Source: Christensenella sp. (lineage in GTDB: Bacteria; Bacillota; Clostridia; Christensenellales; CAG-138). Taken from it: 64,000 nucleotides of DNA. Each line of letters opens with the position of its first letter. The first letter of the stretch is position 1. Positions 52,764-63,925 of this stretch are shown here, in pieces. The notes beneath the pieces are model-generated. The model saw only the letters and a list, made by a program, of their open reading frames with translations, had not been told where the DNA came from and made no database searches. The DNA is taken from the NCBI GenBank assembly GCA_034926785.1, contig JAYFQU010000023.1:458-64457 (forward strand), read 5' to 3'. Both the position numbers and the translations under genes were made by a program.

Positions 52764-53852
52764 ATGAATACGATGCGACCTAAACGCTCCAACGTATACA
52801 AGGCGAATCTCGCGATCCTCGCCGTCATCATTATGGCGATCGTCACGCTTCTAAGCGTGTTTGTTTACCGCGCGCTGATTGCGCGCACCTTTAAGCTGGA
52901 TGCAGGCGGAACCGAGTTTTATACCTACCATGTTGCCATGATCACGGAGTCGCACGATGACCCGTTCTGGAAAAAAGTATGGTTGGCGGCCAAGGAAGAG
53001 GGCGCACTCAAGGACGCCTGCGTCGAGTGGGTCGGGAGCACGCTCACGGAACAATATCCGCTCGCCTCTCTGATGGAGATGGCGATTGCCGCGAAGGTGG
53101 ATGGCATCCTGATTCAGCCCGACGGCTCGGAGGAGATTAAGTCGCTGATCGCACGCGCGATTGCCAACGGCATTCCCGTCATCACCATCATGACCGATGC
53201 GACGGACAGCGGTCGCCAGGGGTTCGTCGGTTACAATACCTACGACCTTGGACAGCTCTATGGCCAGCAGGTGCTTGCCGCCATGGCGCAAACGCCTAAC
53301 CCCTATCACGCCGTCATCCTCTTTGGCAACGATGTTTCCGAGAGCGTACAAAACATCGTCTATTCCAGCATCAAGGAGCGGCTTGAAAGCAAGGACTGCA
53401 CGCTGGACGTCGTCTCGATTGACAACAGCAATGTGTTCTCCGCCGAAGAAGCCATTCGCGATCTGGTTGTTACCACCCCGTCCGCGGTGGCCAGCGAAAG
53501 CACCCCGCCGCTGCTCGGCAAAACCTATGGACCGGATATGCTGATCTGCCTGAACGCAACCAACACCATCTGCGCCTATCAGGCGGTGGTCGATCATAAC
53601 AAGGTCGGCCAGATTCAGATTCTGGGGTACTATGATTCGGACGAAATCCTGACCGCTGTGGAAAAACGCATCATTCAGGCAACCGTCGCCGTGGACGCGC
53701 ATCGCGTCGGCGCCTCCAGCCTCGATGCCCTGCTGGAATACCTTGAGGTGAAGCGTACGAGCGACTTTACGCCGGTCGGCCTTTCGCTGGTCACCGCGTC
53801 CAATGTCGCATCCTATCGCGAGAAGAGCGCGGGAACGGAGGAAGAACCATGA
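52764..53852 (+). CDS. Membrane-anchored type 1 periplasmic-binding-fold protein, probable ligand sensor for the adjacent kinase
   Basis: An N-terminal TM anchor (ANLAILAVIIMAIVTLLSVFVY), then a PBP1 body (HVAMITESHDDPFWKKVW...VDGILIQP...GIPVITIMTD). The stop overlaps the kinase ATG (ATGA). Start trimmed from 52650. Confidence 0.75.
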   Translation: MNTMRPKRSNVYKANLAILAVIIMAIVTLLSVFVYRALIARTFKLDAGGTEFYTYHVAMITESHDDPFWKKVWLAAKEEGALKDACVEWVGSTLTEQYPLASLMEMAIAAKVDGILIQPDGSEEIKSLIARAIANGIPVITIMTDATDSGRQGFVGYNTYDLGQLYGQQVLAAMAQTPNPYHAVILFGNDVSESVQNIVYSSIKERLESKDCTLDVVSIDNSNVFSAEEAIRDLVVTTPSAVASESTPPLLGKTYGPDMLICLNATNTICAYQAVVDHNKVGQIQILGYYDSDEILTAVEKRIIQATVAVDAHRVGASSLDALLEYLEVKRTSDFTPVGLSLVTASNVASYREKSAGTEEEP

Positions 53853-55357
53853 AGCTCCTCTCCCGCGTCCACCGCTGGTTCATCGATTCCCCTATTCGCA
53901 CCAAGCTTGTCCTTGTTTTTGCGTTTACCATGTTCATGGTCGCGTTTGTCAATATCTACATGCATATCAGCGTCAACAGCGTCGTTGGCACCATCGATAA
54001 GGTCTATGCCAGCAACATCAGCCTCAATCAGCTCATGGGTGCGCTGGACGATGTTCAAAGCAATATGTTTCGATACTTGAACACCAAGAGCACGACCGCG
54101 CTTAACGACTATTATGTCAGCGAGCAGACCTATAGCGTGCAGATTGAAGCGCTCAACGGGCAGGCTACCGACAACGAACTGAAGCTCACGGAGAAAAACA
54201 TCCGCAATATCTCCGAAGCCTACCTCAAGCTCGCCGCCTCGGCGGTCGCCGCCAAGCGCGGACGGGATGTTGAGCAATATCGCTCCATTTATGAGGAGGC
54301 CAGCAAACTATACGGCTATCTTGACACCTATATCAACGAACTCAACAACGCCCGCTTTAAGACCAATGCGGAGAGCTACAATACCCTGCGCACATCGCTC
54401 GGCTATATGCAGACCTTTGGCACCGTAATCCTTCTGGTTGCCATCACCGGCAACACCATCGTGCTCCTCCTGCTCACCAGCACCATCACAAAGCCGCTGA
54501 CCAAGCTCGCGCGGCAGGCGGGTCAGGTTGGCAAAGGAGAGTTTGACATCGACTTCATCTCGGTGGAATCGCGCGATGAAGTTGGCGTCCTTGCCGATGC
54601 GTTCCGGCAGATGACGGCAAGTCTGCAGGAGCACGTCGAGGAATTTAAAACGCGCATGGCTGAGGAGAGCCGACTAAAGGAAACCCAGCTGCGCATGGAG
54701 AGCAGCCTGAAGGAAAGCCAACTGATCTTTCTGCAGTCGCAGATCAACCCGCATTTTCTCTACAACACGCTCAACGCGGGCGCGCAGCTCGCGATGATGG
54801 AGGGCGCGGAGAAAACAACGCTCTTCATCGAAAATCTTGCGGACTTCTTCCGCTACAGCGTAAAGCGCACGGGCCAGGTTTCCAGTCTGGCCGACGAGAT
54901 CAGTCAGGTTGAGACCTATCTGCACATCATCAACGTTCGTTTCTCGGACGAGATACAGTATATCAAGCGCATCGAAGGCTTGGTGGAACGCGTCACGCTG
55001 CCCGGCGTCATCCTGCAGCCCATCGTGGAAAACGCGATCAACCACGGTTTGCGCGATGTAAAATGGCAAAAGCAGATCGCGCTGATCGCGCGTAAGGAGG
55101 AAACGCGCATCCTTGTCACCATAACGGATAACGGCAAGGGCATGACGCAGGAGGAAATCGAGGCCGTTCTCGTCGGCCAGCCGATCGCAATCGAAATGGA
55201 TGGGCAGCAGCACCGCGGCACAGGCTTGAAGAACGTCATAGAGCGGCTGCGCATCTATTACGGCCTGCACGATGTCTTTGAAATCATGAGCGACGGCCCC
55301 GGCCGCGGAACCGCCGTCACCATCATCATCCCGAAAAACGGCAATCACGCCATATAA
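53849..55357 (+). CDS. Sensor histidine kinase, YesM/LytS type
   Basis: TM-sensor-TM-HAMP architecture, the QINPHFLYNTL box, and an HATPase_c domain (TDNGKGMT...GTGLKNV). Confidence 0.85.
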   Translation: MKLLSRVHRWFIDSPIRTKLVLVFAFTMFMVAFVNIYMHISVNSVVGTIDKVYASNISLNQLMGALDDVQSNMFRYLNTKSTTALNDYYVSEQTYSVQIEALNGQATDNELKLTEKNIRNISEAYLKLAASAVAAKRGRDVEQYRSIYEEASKLYGYLDTYINELNNARFKTNAESYNTLRTSLGYMQTFGTVILLVAITGNTIVLLLLTSTITKPLTKLARQAGQVGKGEFDIDFISVESRDEVGVLADAFRQMTASLQEHVEEFKTRMAEESRLKETQLRMESSLKESQLIFLQSQINPHFLYNTLNAGAQLAMMEGAEKTTLFIENLADFFRYSVKRTGQVSSLADEISQVETYLHIINVRFSDEIQYIKRIEGLVERVTLPGVILQPIVENAINHGLRDVKWQKQIALIARKEETRILVTITDNGKGMTQEEIEAVLVGQPIAIEMDGQQHRGTGLKNVIERLRIYYGLHDVFEIMSDGPGRGTAVTIIIPKNGNHAI

Positions 55358-55381
55358 CCCAGGATTTACCGGAGAAGAGAT

Positions 55382-56983
55382 ATGTATAAAATTCTGCTGG
55401 CGGACGACGAAGGCATCGAGCTCGACGCTCTCACGTTCATCCTCGAAAAAAACTTCCCAGGCCAATGCACCATCGAGACGGCGAAGACCGGCTATGACGC
55501 GGTGGAGCTCTCGGAGCGCTTTCGCCCGGATATCGCGGTGATGGATATCCGAATGCCCGGCATCAACGGCATGGAGGCCATTCAGGCGATTCAGGCGATC
55601 TCCCCCGGCATCCTCTTCATTGTTTTGACCGCCTATGACAAGTTTGAGTACGCTAAGGAGGCAATCCGCCTCTCGGTGTTCGACTTTTTAACAAAGCCCG
55701 TCAACCGTCTGGTCTTTGCGGACGTGATCCGCCGCGCGATGACCAAGGTGGACGCGGAGCGAAAGGCGCGCACCGTTGCTCTCAAGACGCGCGAGCGCAT
55801 GGAGAATATGTTACCCGTGCTGGAAAACAGCTTTATCTACATGCTGCTGATGCAAAGCGACGATCCGGCCGCGTATACGCGCCTCTTCGATATGCTGGGC
55901 ATCGATTCCAGTTCGGCTACCGTCATGGTTCTGGAACTCACGAAGATGATCGGCGGGGATATTCTGGATCTCGACATTAAGGCGAGCGAGGTATATTCCT
56001 CCATTCGCGGGCTCGTGAAAGAATCGTTTGTCTGTGTGGTCGGCCCCGCGATGGCAAACCGGGTAATCGTGGTTCGCCCCGCCGCGGAATCGGAGAACGA
56101 ATACTACGAACGCCTCCTGCTGATTGAGCAGGGACGCGCGCTGGCGCACCGCGTGGAGGATAAGATCGGCGTGGAGTGCAAGCTCGGCATCGGCTCCACC
56201 GTCCGCCTCAATAAGCTTTGCGAGAGCTACGCGCAGGCGGTTAAAGCCGTAAAGCACTGTAAGGGCATCGTGTCCCATTTTAACGATCTCCCCATCGTGT
56301 CCGATTATGAAACCGGCTATCCTGCCGAGCGGGAAAAGCACCTGGAGGAGATGATTGTAAAGGGCGACGCACAGGCGGCGTCCGCGGATGCCGAACAGTT
56401 TTTTCAATGGATGGTGGAACGCTATCCCGACCATGACATGGCGATTCGCCTGAAGGTGCTGGAGTTCGTCATGCGCGCGGAATACAGCGTGTTTCACGAA
56501 GGCGGCGGTATTAAATATCATTTTTTGGATCGCGAGGATTACCTGCAAACCGTACTCGCTGCCGAAAACTTTGAGGAGCTCAAGGGTTGGTTCATGCGAA
56601 AGATTGCAGAGTGCGCGCGCAATGTCAACACCAAGGCGGATGAAAAAGCAAACCGCGTCATCGCCAAGGCGCGCGCTTTTATCGACCGGAACTTTAACCG
56701 CGACCTCACGCTGGAGGAGGTTTCGCGCGAAGTGCATGTGAGCCCCTACTATTTCAGCAAGCTTTTTAAGGAGCAGACGGGCGACAATTTCATCAATTAC
56801 CTGACGCTCAAGCGCGTGGAGACGGCAAAGCAGCTGCTGGCGGACGGGCGGCTCAACATCAAGAACATCTGCACGGAAATCGGCTATAACGACCCGAACT
56901 ATTTTTCGCGCCTCTTCAAGCGATTTGAGGGTGTAACCCCTTCGGAGTACCGCGAACAGGTGCTCCAGATTCCGCAGGATTAA
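55382..56983 (+). CDS. Response regulator with AraC-type HTH (YesN-like)
   Basis: A REC domain (MYKILLADDEG...DIAVMDIRMPGING) plus an AraC HTH (SPYYFSKLFKEQTGDNFINYL...GYNDPNYFSRLFKR). Confidence 0.87.
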   Translation: MYKILLADDEGIELDALTFILEKNFPGQCTIETAKTGYDAVELSERFRPDIAVMDIRMPGINGMEAIQAIQAISPGILFIVLTAYDKFEYAKEAIRLSVFDFLTKPVNRLVFADVIRRAMTKVDAERKARTVALKTRERMENMLPVLENSFIYMLLMQSDDPAAYTRLFDMLGIDSSSATVMVLELTKMIGGDILDLDIKASEVYSSIRGLVKESFVCVVGPAMANRVIVVRPAAESENEYYERLLLIEQGRALAHRVEDKIGVECKLGIGSTVRLNKLCESYAQAVKAVKHCKGIVSHFNDLPIVSDYETGYPAEREKHLEEMIVKGDAQAASADAEQFFQWMVERYPDHDMAIRLKVLEFVMRAEYSVFHEGGGIKYHFLDREDYLQTVLAAENFEELKGWFMRKIAECARNVNTKADEKANRVIAKARAFIDRNFNRDLTLEEVSREVHVSPYYFSKLFKEQTGDNFINYLTLKRVETAKQLLADGRLNIKNICTEIGYNDPNYFSRLFKRFEGVTPSEYREQVLQIPQD

Positions 56984-57079
56984 TCCGCTTAAAGGCGCGT
57001 TGCTTACAGATCCCCAGCATCGGGATCCCTGCGCAAGCGAGTTGATACTTCATCCCTTCTAAAATGGACGGAGGCGAGC

Positions 57080-58132
57080 ATGATGAAAACTTCCCTTTCT
57101 TTCAGACGGGCGTTTGCGCTTCTCGCGTTGCTTGCGCTCATGCTGTCAATAGCGGTGGGCTGCGGCGGCGAGCATTCGGAGGCGGATAAAGCGCCTGCGG
57201 GCGCTGACGTGCCGCTCATCGGATTTTCGCTGGATTCGTTTCTCATCGAACGCTGGCAGCGGGACCGGGATGTATTCGTTTCAACCGCGAGCGAACTTGG
57301 CGCCGAAGTAAATGTGCAAATCGCAAACGGCAGTTCCAAGGAGCAGATCGCGCAGATCGAGTACTTTATTCAAAAGGGCGTGGATGCAATCGTCGTTGTT
57401 GCCGTTGATTGTTACGGGCTCTCGGATATCATCAAAAAGGCGCACGACGCCGGCATCTATATCATCGCATATGACCGTTTGGTCATGAATGCAAACGTGG
57501 ATCTGTATATCTCCTTTGACAACGAGATGGTCGGAACCATGATGGCGGAGGCGCTGGTCAGCAGCGTGCCGAGCGGCGGAAATATCCTGAGCATCGCGGG
57601 CTCGCCGTCGGATCAAAATGTCGCGCAGGCGCAGAAGGGATTTGACGCGGTCATCAACAAGAGCACGCTTCATGTCATCGTGCAGGAGTACGCGCCAAAC
57701 TGGCTGGCAGAGACGGCTTACAACGTGGTGAACAAGGCGATCTCCTCCGGCATGACCTTCAGCGGCGTCCGCTGCGGTAACGACGACCTTGCAAGCCAGG
57801 CGTTCCTCGCGCTTTCCGAGCATCGCCTCGCCAGCGCGGTCAAGCTGGTCGGGCAGGATGCGGATCTCGCGGCCTGCCAGCGCATTGTCGAAGGCACGCA
57901 GCTCATGACCGTCTATAAGCCCGTGGAGAAGCTCGCAAAGGAGGCGGCGGAGCGCACCGTCCGCATGATTCAGGGGGATAAGGAGGAAGCTTCCACCAGC
58001 ATCTTCGACGGTACCTACTATGTTCCGTATGAGAAACTTTCCCCAATCATGGTCACGCGCGATAATATTGACGAAGTGATCATCAACGGTGGGTTCCACC
58101 GGCGGGAACAGGTTTACCTGAATCTTGGCTGA
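57080..58132 (+). CDS. xylF: XylF-like D-xylose-binding lipoprotein
   Basis: Lipobox AVGC. The motifs LIERWQRDRDVFV, IAQIEYFIQKGVDAIVV, IIAYDRLVMNANVDLYISFDNEMVG closely track the E. coli XylF pattern (LERWQKDRDIF, YISFDNEKVG) as I recall it. Confidence 0.78.
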   Translation: MMKTSLSFRRAFALLALLALMLSIAVGCGGEHSEADKAPAGADVPLIGFSLDSFLIERWQRDRDVFVSTASELGAEVNVQIANGSSKEQIAQIEYFIQKGVDAIVVVAVDCYGLSDIIKKAHDAGIYIIAYDRLVMNANVDLYISFDNEMVGTMMAEALVSSVPSGGNILSIAGSPSDQNVAQAQKGFDAVINKSTLHVIVQEYAPNWLAETAYNVVNKAISSGMTFSGVRCGNDDLASQAFLALSEHRLASAVKLVGQDADLAACQRIVEGTQLMTVYKPVEKLAKEAAERTVRMIQGDKEEASTSIFDGTYYVPYEKLSPIMVTRDNIDEVIINGGFHRREQVYLNLG

Positions 58133-58421
58133 TTCTATTTGTCTGTAGCGTCGCAGATCCTCTGGAAAGCATCCGATTGATTTCGGGTGTTTTCTTTCAT
58201 TTCATAGCACATTATTGATAAGCAGGATATTTTTGCGCTTAGTTTTTCCATGCCGTGCAATAATTTGCTATAACTAAACAGATCAAATAAAAATAAGCCA
58301 ATTTTAATCAGATTTTTACAGAATTCTCCTCTTTCTGATTGCAAATCGCTGTGATAGCTTGTAGATACAGCCAAGTAGGCCATATCAAACACATCTTATC
58401 TTAAGGAGGAGAAACTATCAC

Positions 58422-59537
58422 ATGAAAAAGTTCTTTAGCGTTCTCTTGGTCGTCGCAATGCTGTTTGCGTTAGCAGCCTGCGCCGCGCCCGCCGCACCGG
58501 CAGCGACCGAAGCTCCCGCGGCAGCGACCGAAGCTCCCGCCGCAACCGAAGCCCCTGCGGCAGTACCGTTCGTTGGTATCTCGATGCCGACGCAGGATCT
58601 GCAGCGTTGGAATCAAGATGGCGCGAACATGAAGGAAAAGTTCGAAGCCGCTGGTTACAAAGTTGATCTGCAGTATGCCAACAACGAAGTTGCCACCCAG
58701 GTTAGCCAGATCGAAAACATGATCTCCGCCGGCGTGAATGCTCTCGTCATCGCGGCAATCGACGGCAAAACGCTGACCTCCGTTCTCGCAACCGCCAAGG
58801 ATGCGGGCATCTATGTCATCGCCTATGACCGTCTGATCATGGACACCGACGCTGTCAACTACTACTGCACATTTGATAACTACATGGTCGGCACGATTCA
58901 GGGCCAGTACATCAAGGATCAGCTCAAGCTTGACGCAGGCGGCGCGTACAACATGGAAATCACCGCCGGCGACCCGGCCGACAACAACGCCCTCTTCTTC
59001 TATCAGGGTGCAATCGATGTCCTCCAGCCCTACATTGACAGCGGCGTGCTGAAGGTTGTCTCCGGTCAGGTTGCGTTTGCCGATGTCGCCACCGCTGCGT
59101 GGAGCACGGAAACCTCCCAGGCTCGTATGGAAGCCATCCTCGCGTCCTACTATGCCGATGGCACGCAGCTGGATGCCTGCCTCTGCTCGAACGACTCCAC
59201 CGCCAAGGGCGTAACGAACGCTCTGGCCAGCTCCTACACCGGCAAGTACCCGATCGTTACCGGTCAGGATTGCGACATTGCCAACACCAAGGACATCATC
59301 GCCGGCAAACAGTCCATGTCCATCTTCAAGGACACCCGTACCCTTGCGGCGCAGACCGTCACGATGGTCAGCGACCTGCTCGCGGGCAAGACGCCGGAAG
59401 TCAACGACACCAAGACCTATAACAACGGCACGGGCATCATCCCGACCTTCCTCTGCGCGCCGGTATTCGCGGATATCAACAACTACAAAGAGCTGCTGAT
59501 CGACTCCGGTTACTACACCGCAGACCAGCTCAAATAA
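58422..59537 (+). CDS. ChvE-like multiple-sugar (xylose/arabinose/galactose-type) ABC substrate-binding lipoprotein
   Basis: Lipobox LAAC, three ATEAPAA linker repeats, then VGISMPTQDLQRWNQDG...DLQYANNEVATQVSQIENMI...VIAYDRLI...YYCTFDNYMVG, resembling Agrobacterium ChvE. Confidence 0.8.
   Translation: MKKFFSVLLVVAMLFALAACAAPAAPAATEAPAAATEAPAATEAPAAVPFVGISMPTQDLQRWNQDGANMKEKFEAAGYKVDLQYANNEVATQVSQIENMISAGVNALVIAAIDGKTLTSVLATAKDAGIYVIAYDRLIMDTDAVNYYCTFDNYMVGTIQGQYIKDQLKLDAGGAYNMEITAGDPADNNALFFYQGAIDVLQPYIDSGVLKVVSGQVAFADVATAAWSTETSQARMEAILASYYADGTQLDACLCSNDSTAKGVTNALASSYTGKYPIVTGQDCDIANTKDIIAGKQSMSIFKDTRTLAAQTVTMVSDLLAGKTPEVNDTKTYNNGTGIIPTFLCAPVFADINNYKELLIDSGYYTADQLK
58500..58559 (+). repeat. 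Tandem 21-bp coding repeats (A)ATEAPA linker
   Basis: gcagcgaccgaagctcccgcg / gcagcgaccgaagctcccgcc / gcaaccgaagcccctgcg. The repeats are in frame after the lipobox and give the same peptide motif as in the SBP at 22955-23992. Confidence 0.88.
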
Positions 59538-59563
59538 TTCAAGCGTAACTCTATCTTTACCGG

Positions 59564-59605
59564 TCGAAGGGCGGGCGGTTACCCGCCCGCCCTTCGAAAG
59601 TTTTT
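59564..59605 (+). terminator. Strong intra-operon hairpin/attenuator between the SBP and ATPase genes
   Basis: TCGAAGGGCGGGCGG-ttac-CCGCCCGCCCTTCGA (15-bp stem) followed by AAGTTTTT. Confidence 0.7.
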
Positions 59606-59747
59606 CCCTTGCCGGGTTTTCGGTGCGTCAGAGCAGGTTGATAAGGGCCGTGTGGCGCAGCGAAAACTTTGCAGGCAGTCACAATTCAGAGAAGACTCCG
59701 CATTCTATTAATCACCTATATTGGAATACGCATCTTGGAGGAGAAAC

Positions 59748-61286
59748 ATGTCGGACCACATTCTTGAAATGAGGCATATCACCAAAGAATTCCCGGGCGT
59801 AAAAGCGCTGGATGACGTCAGTCTGGAGGTTCGCCGCGGCGAAATCCACGCGTTGGTTGGCGAAAACGGCGCGGGAAAATCCACGCTGATGAACGTGCTC
59901 TCCGGTATCTATCCCTACGGCAGCTATAGCGGGGAAATTGCTTATAATGGCGCCCCTTGCCACTTCATGAAGATTCGCGACAGCGAAACCTGCGGTATCG
60001 TCATCATCCATCAGGAGCTGGCGCTGGTTCCCTACCTGTCTATCGCGGAAAATATCTTCCTCGGCAATGAACGCGGCAGTTCTGTCAATATTGACTGGAA
60101 CGAGACCTATGCTAAGGCGGATGAGCTCCTGAAGATCGTTGGCCTGAATGAATCGTCTCATACGCTGATTAAGGATATCAGCGTCGGCAAACAGCAGTTG
60201 GTTGAAATCGCCAAAGCGCTGTCGAAAAACGTGCAGCTGCTCATTCTCGATGAGCCGACCGCCTCTCTCAACGAGAGCGATTCCATGAAACTCTTGAATC
60301 TCCTCAAGGATTTTAAGAAAAAGGGCGTTACCTCCATCATCATCTCCCATAAACTCAATGAAATCGCCTATGTTGCGGATCAGATTACGATCATTCGCGA
60401 CGGCGCGGTCATCGAAACCCTCGATATGGCCGTCACCAAGGTGGATGAACCGCGCATCATCCGCGGCATGGTCGGCCGCGAGCTGACCAATCGGTTCCCG
60501 CCCCGCGAACATCATGTATCGGACGAAGTGGTGCTTGAGGTAGATCATTGGTCGGTGCAGCATGCGCTGTATTCGGATCGTACGGTTGTTGACGATGTCT
60601 CCTTCCATCTCAAGAAAGGCGAGGTCGTCGGCATTGCAGGGCTTATGGGCGCGGGCAGAACGGAACTCGCCATGAGCATCTTCGGCAAAAGCTACGGCAA
60701 CGATATTCGCGGAACGCTGAAGATCCACGGCAAAGAGGTCACGCTGCACAATGAACGGGATGCCATTCGGCACGGCCTTGCCTACGCAACCGAGGATCGC
60801 AAGGGAAACGGATTGATTCTATCCAATCCCATCCGCGTCAACACCACGCTTGCACGGCTGGATAAGGTGAGCCATCACCATGTGCTCGACCTCGATCTTG
60901 AGCACAAGATGGCCGTCAGCATGAAGGACAAGCTGGGAATCAAGAGCCCATCTGTTGAGCAGGATGTTGGAAATCTCTCGGGCGGAAATCAGCAAAAGGT
61001 GCTGCTCTCCAAGTGGATGTTCGCCGAACCGGATATCCTGATTCTGGACGAACCAACGCGCGGCATCGACGTCGGCGCTAAATACGAAATCTACTGCATC
61101 ATCAACGACCTGGTTGCAGCAGGCAAATCCGTCATCATGATCTCTTCGGAAATGCCGGAAGTGCTCGGCATGTGTGATCGAATCTATGTGATGAGCGAAG
61201 CGAAAATCGTCGGTGAGATGGATGCGCGAAACGCCACACAAGAGCTTATTATGTCCAGCATACTCAGCGTAAACAAAGGAGCTTAA
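59748..61286 (+). CDS. Sugar ABC transporter ATP-binding protein, duplicated ABC domains (GguA/XylG-like)
   Basis: [20 protein letters not shown]; [43 protein letters not shown]. Start trimmed from 59721. Confidence 0.87.
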   Translation: MSDHILEMRHITKEFPGVKALDDVSLEVRRGEIHALVGENGAGKSTLMNVLSGIYPYGSYSGEIAYNGAPCHFMKIRDSETCGIVIIHQELALVPYLSIAENIFLGNERGSSVNIDWNETYAKADELLKIVGLNESSHTLIKDISVGKQQLVEIAKALSKNVQLLILDEPTASLNESDSMKLLNLLKDFKKKGVTSIIISHKLNEIAYVADQITIIRDGAVIETLDMAVTKVDEPRIIRGMVGRELTNRFPPREHHVSDEVVLEVDHWSVQHALYSDRTVVDDVSFHLKKGEVVGIAGLMGAGRTELAMSIFGKSYGNDIRGTLKIHGKEVTLHNERDAIRHGLAYATEDRKGNGLILSNPIRVNTTLARLDKVSHHHVLDLDLEHKMAVSMKDKLGIKSPSVEQDVGNLSGGNQQKVLLSKWMFAEPDILILDEPTRGIDVGAKYEIYCIINDLVAAGKSVIMISSEMPEVLGMCDRIYVMSEAKIVGEMDARNATQELIMSSILSVNKGA

Positions 61287-61289
61287 ACC

Positions 61290-62483
61290 ATGAGCAGCAA
61301 AAATGCAGCAGTCTGGGAAAAAACCAAATCATTTCTTTTGAAGAACACGATGGTGATCGCGCTCGTCCTCGTGTACCTGTTCTTCATCGTCAAATCGGAA
61401 GGACGCATGTTCCTGCCGCAGAACGTCAACAACCTGATCATGCAGAACTCCTACGTGGTCATCCTCGCGGTCGGCATGCTCCTTTGCATTCTGACCGGCG
61501 GCAATATTGACCTCTCCGTCGGCGCTACGGTGTGCCTCGTCGGCGCAATCGCCGGCGTGCTGATGGTCAATATGGGATGGAATATCTATCTCGTCATGAT
61601 CATCTGTCTCCTGATCGGCACCGCAATCGGCGTTTGGCAAGGATTTTGGATCGCCTATGTACGCGTTCCCCCATTCATTGTTACCCTCGCCGGCATGCTT
61701 CTCTTCCGCGGACTTGCGCAGGCAATTCTAGGCGGTCTGACCATCTCCGGCTTCTCCGAAGATTATCTCTCCATTTTCAATAACTACGTTAATATCCCCG
61801 CATTGGACAGCGGCACAATGAAGTATTCCGCGATCATCTTTGGCATTCTCTGCTGTCTGGTCTTCATCGTCGCGTCCATCATGACCAACCTCAGCAAAAA
61901 ACGCAAAGGATATTCCGCAGAAAAGCCTTTCTCGCTGTACGCCAAGATTATCCTGATTTGCGCAATCGTCATGCTGCTCATGTACAAGCTCTCGCTCTAT
62001 AAGGGCATCCCGTACATTCTGCTCTGGCTGATCGTTATTGTCGCAATCTATACCTACATCACGGCGAAGACCACGTTTGGCCGCCATTTCTATGCCCTCG
62101 GCGGAAATGAGAAGGCGACCAAGCTCTCCGGTATCAACACCAATCGCATCTATTTTTCGGCCTACGTCAACGTCTCCTTCCTGAGCGCTCTTGCCGCTCT
62201 GGTCGTCGCAGCCCGCTTCACCTCCGCGAACCCCGCCGCAGGCACCAACTATGAGCTCGATGCCATCGGCTCCTGCTTCATCGGCGGCGCCTCCGCTTAC
62301 GGCGGCATCGGCAAAGTCAGCGGCGCAGTCGTCGGCGCGGTGCTCATGGGCGTGCTGAACCTCGGCATGAACATCATCGGCGTGGACTCGAACTTCCAGA
62401 AGGTTGTCAAAGGCGCCGTTCTTCTCGTCGCGGTTATCTTTGACGTCGTCTCCAAGCGCAGAGCCATCAAGTCTCTCGCATAA
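61290..62483 (+). CDS. Sugar ABC transporter permease (GguB/XylH-like)
   Basis: 397-aa polytopic protein with [15 protein letters not shown] and the longer GguB/XylH-type architecture. Confidence 0.85.
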   Translation: MSSKNAAVWEKTKSFLLKNTMVIALVLVYLFFIVKSEGRMFLPQNVNNLIMQNSYVVILAVGMLLCILTGGNIDLSVGATVCLVGAIAGVLMVNMGWNIYLVMIICLLIGTAIGVWQGFWIAYVRVPPFIVTLAGMLLFRGLAQAILGGLTISGFSEDYLSIFNNYVNIPALDSGTMKYSAIIFGILCCLVFIVASIMTNLSKKRKGYSAEKPFSLYAKIILICAIVMLLMYKLSLYKGIPYILLWLIVIVAIYTYITAKTTFGRHFYALGGNEKATKLSGINTNRIYFSAYVNVSFLSALAALVVAARFTSANPAAGTNYELDAIGSCFIGGASAYGGIGKVSGAVVGAVLMGVLNLGMNIIGVDSNFQKVVKGAVLLVAVIFDVVSKRRAIKSLA

Positions 62484-62562
62484 CCCCCCCCACTCACCGA
62501 TGATATCCGGCGCAAACGCGCGCCGGCGGTCAACGGAATTTACCAAAGGAGCACATGCAATC

Positions 62563-63879
62563 ATGGCCTATTTTGAACAGATCGGGCAGATCCAATATGA
62601 AGGCCCCAAGAGCAAAAATCCGCTCTCGTTCAAATATTATAATCCCACAGAAGTCATCGCCGGCAAGGAAATGAAAGACCACCTGCGCTTTGCAATGAGT
62701 TGGTGGCATACCTTCACCTACCGGGGAACGGATCCCTTCGGCGGCGTCACCATCTTCCGTCCCTGGGATGAGGAGAGCAACGATGTGGAGCGCGCCAAGG
62801 CGCGCGTCCATGCGGCCTTCGAGTTCATGGAAAAGCTTCAGATCGGTTATTTCTGCTTCCATGACGCGGATATTGCGCCGAGACAGGCCAATCTCCTGGA
62901 GACCAACCGCATCCTGGATGAAATCGTCTCCGTCATCCGCCAGGAGATGGCGCGCACGGGAATCAAGTGTCTTTGGGGTACCTCAAACTGCTTTGGCGAC
63001 GATAAATTCGTCCACGGTGCGGGAACCTCTCCCAACGCGAGCGTGTTCGCCTATACCGCCGCACAGATTAAGAAGGCGATTGAAATTACCCAGACGCTCG
63101 GCGGCGAAAACTATGTCTTCTGGGGCGGACGCGAAGGTTATGAAACCCTGCTGAATACGGATACCTCGCTAGAGCTGGATAATTTCGCACGCCTGCTGCA
63201 GATGGCCGTAGATTATGCGAAAAAGATTGGTTTTACGGGACAGTTTTTGATTGAACCAAAGCCCAAGGAACCGACGAAACACCAATATGACTTTGACACC
63301 GCGACGGTATTGGCTTTCCTGCGCAAATACAAGCTGGAGCCATACTTCAAGATGAACATTGAGGCGAACCACGCGACGCTCGCGGCGCATACCTTCCAGC
63401 ACGAGCTCAACATGGCGCGGATCAATGGCGCGTTTGGAAGCGTAGATGCAAACACGGGCGATCCCATGCTCGGCTGGGATACCGATCAGTTCCCAACCAA
63501 TGTGTATGATACGACGCTTGCCATGTATGAAGTCCTGCTCGCGGGTGGTTTCACGAGCGGCGGATTGAATTTTGACGCGAAGGTCCGCCGCGGTTCGTTT
63601 CAGGAGGACGATCTCTTCCTCGCTTACATCGCTGGCATGGATACGTTTGCCAAGGGCCTGCGCGCCGCGGCGCGTCTGCTCGACGACGGCGTTTTCGAAA
63701 GCTTTAAAGCAAAGCGTTATGAAAGCTATAACGAAGGCATCGGCAAGGACATCGTCGGCGGTAGAGTCGGTTTCTCCGAGTTGGAGGCATTTGCCCTCAT
63801 TCACGGAGTCACCGGGAACGCCTCCGGTCGGCAGGAATATCTTGAAACCATTCTAAATCAATACATCCTCGAAGGCTGA
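62563..63879 (+). CDS. xylA: Xylose isomerase (class II)
   Basis: [28 protein letters not shown]...[10 protein letters not shown]...[18 protein letters not shown]...[14 protein letters not shown]-type motifs (here AAHTFQHEL). 438 aa. AAAGGAG RBS. Start trimmed from 62404. Confidence 0.93.
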   Translation: MAYFEQIGQIQYEGPKSKNPLSFKYYNPTEVIAGKEMKDHLRFAMSWWHTFTYRGTDPFGGVTIFRPWDEESNDVERAKARVHAAFEFMEKLQIGYFCFHDADIAPRQANLLETNRILDEIVSVIRQEMARTGIKCLWGTSNCFGDDKFVHGAGTSPNASVFAYTAAQIKKAIEITQTLGGENYVFWGGREGYETLLNTDTSLELDNFARLLQMAVDYAKKIGFTGQFLIEPKPKEPTKHQYDFDTATVLAFLRKYKLEPYFKMNIEANHATLAAHTFQHELNMARINGAFGSVDANTGDPMLGWDTDQFPTNVYDTTLAMYEVLLAGGFTSGGLNFDAKVRRGSFQEDDLFLAYIAGMDTFAKGLRAAARLLDDGVFESFKAKRYESYNEGIGKDIVGGRVGFSELEAFALIHGVTGNASGRQEYLETILNQYILEG

Positions 63880-63888
63880 CCCTATTCC

Positions 63889-63925
63889 GGCGGAGTCGTT
63901 TATGACTCCGCCGTGACGTTTTCTC
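63889..63925 (+). terminator. Probable terminator after xylA
   Basis: GGCGGAGTC-gtttat-GACTCCGCC followed by GTGACGTTTTC. Confidence 0.5.

Noticed and set aside
59712-60773. 353-aa ORF on the - strand. The same applies to similar long antisense ORFs at 61728-62564, 55811-56737, 54674-55465, 52851-53702, 57281-58099, 14515-15315, 6776-7510, 7819-8724, 18063-18917 and 25933-26670.
   Set aside because: All lie opposite genes with strong family motifs (ABC ATPases, kinases, SBPs, permeases). They lack RBSs and have skewed Arg/Ala/Gly/Asp composition.
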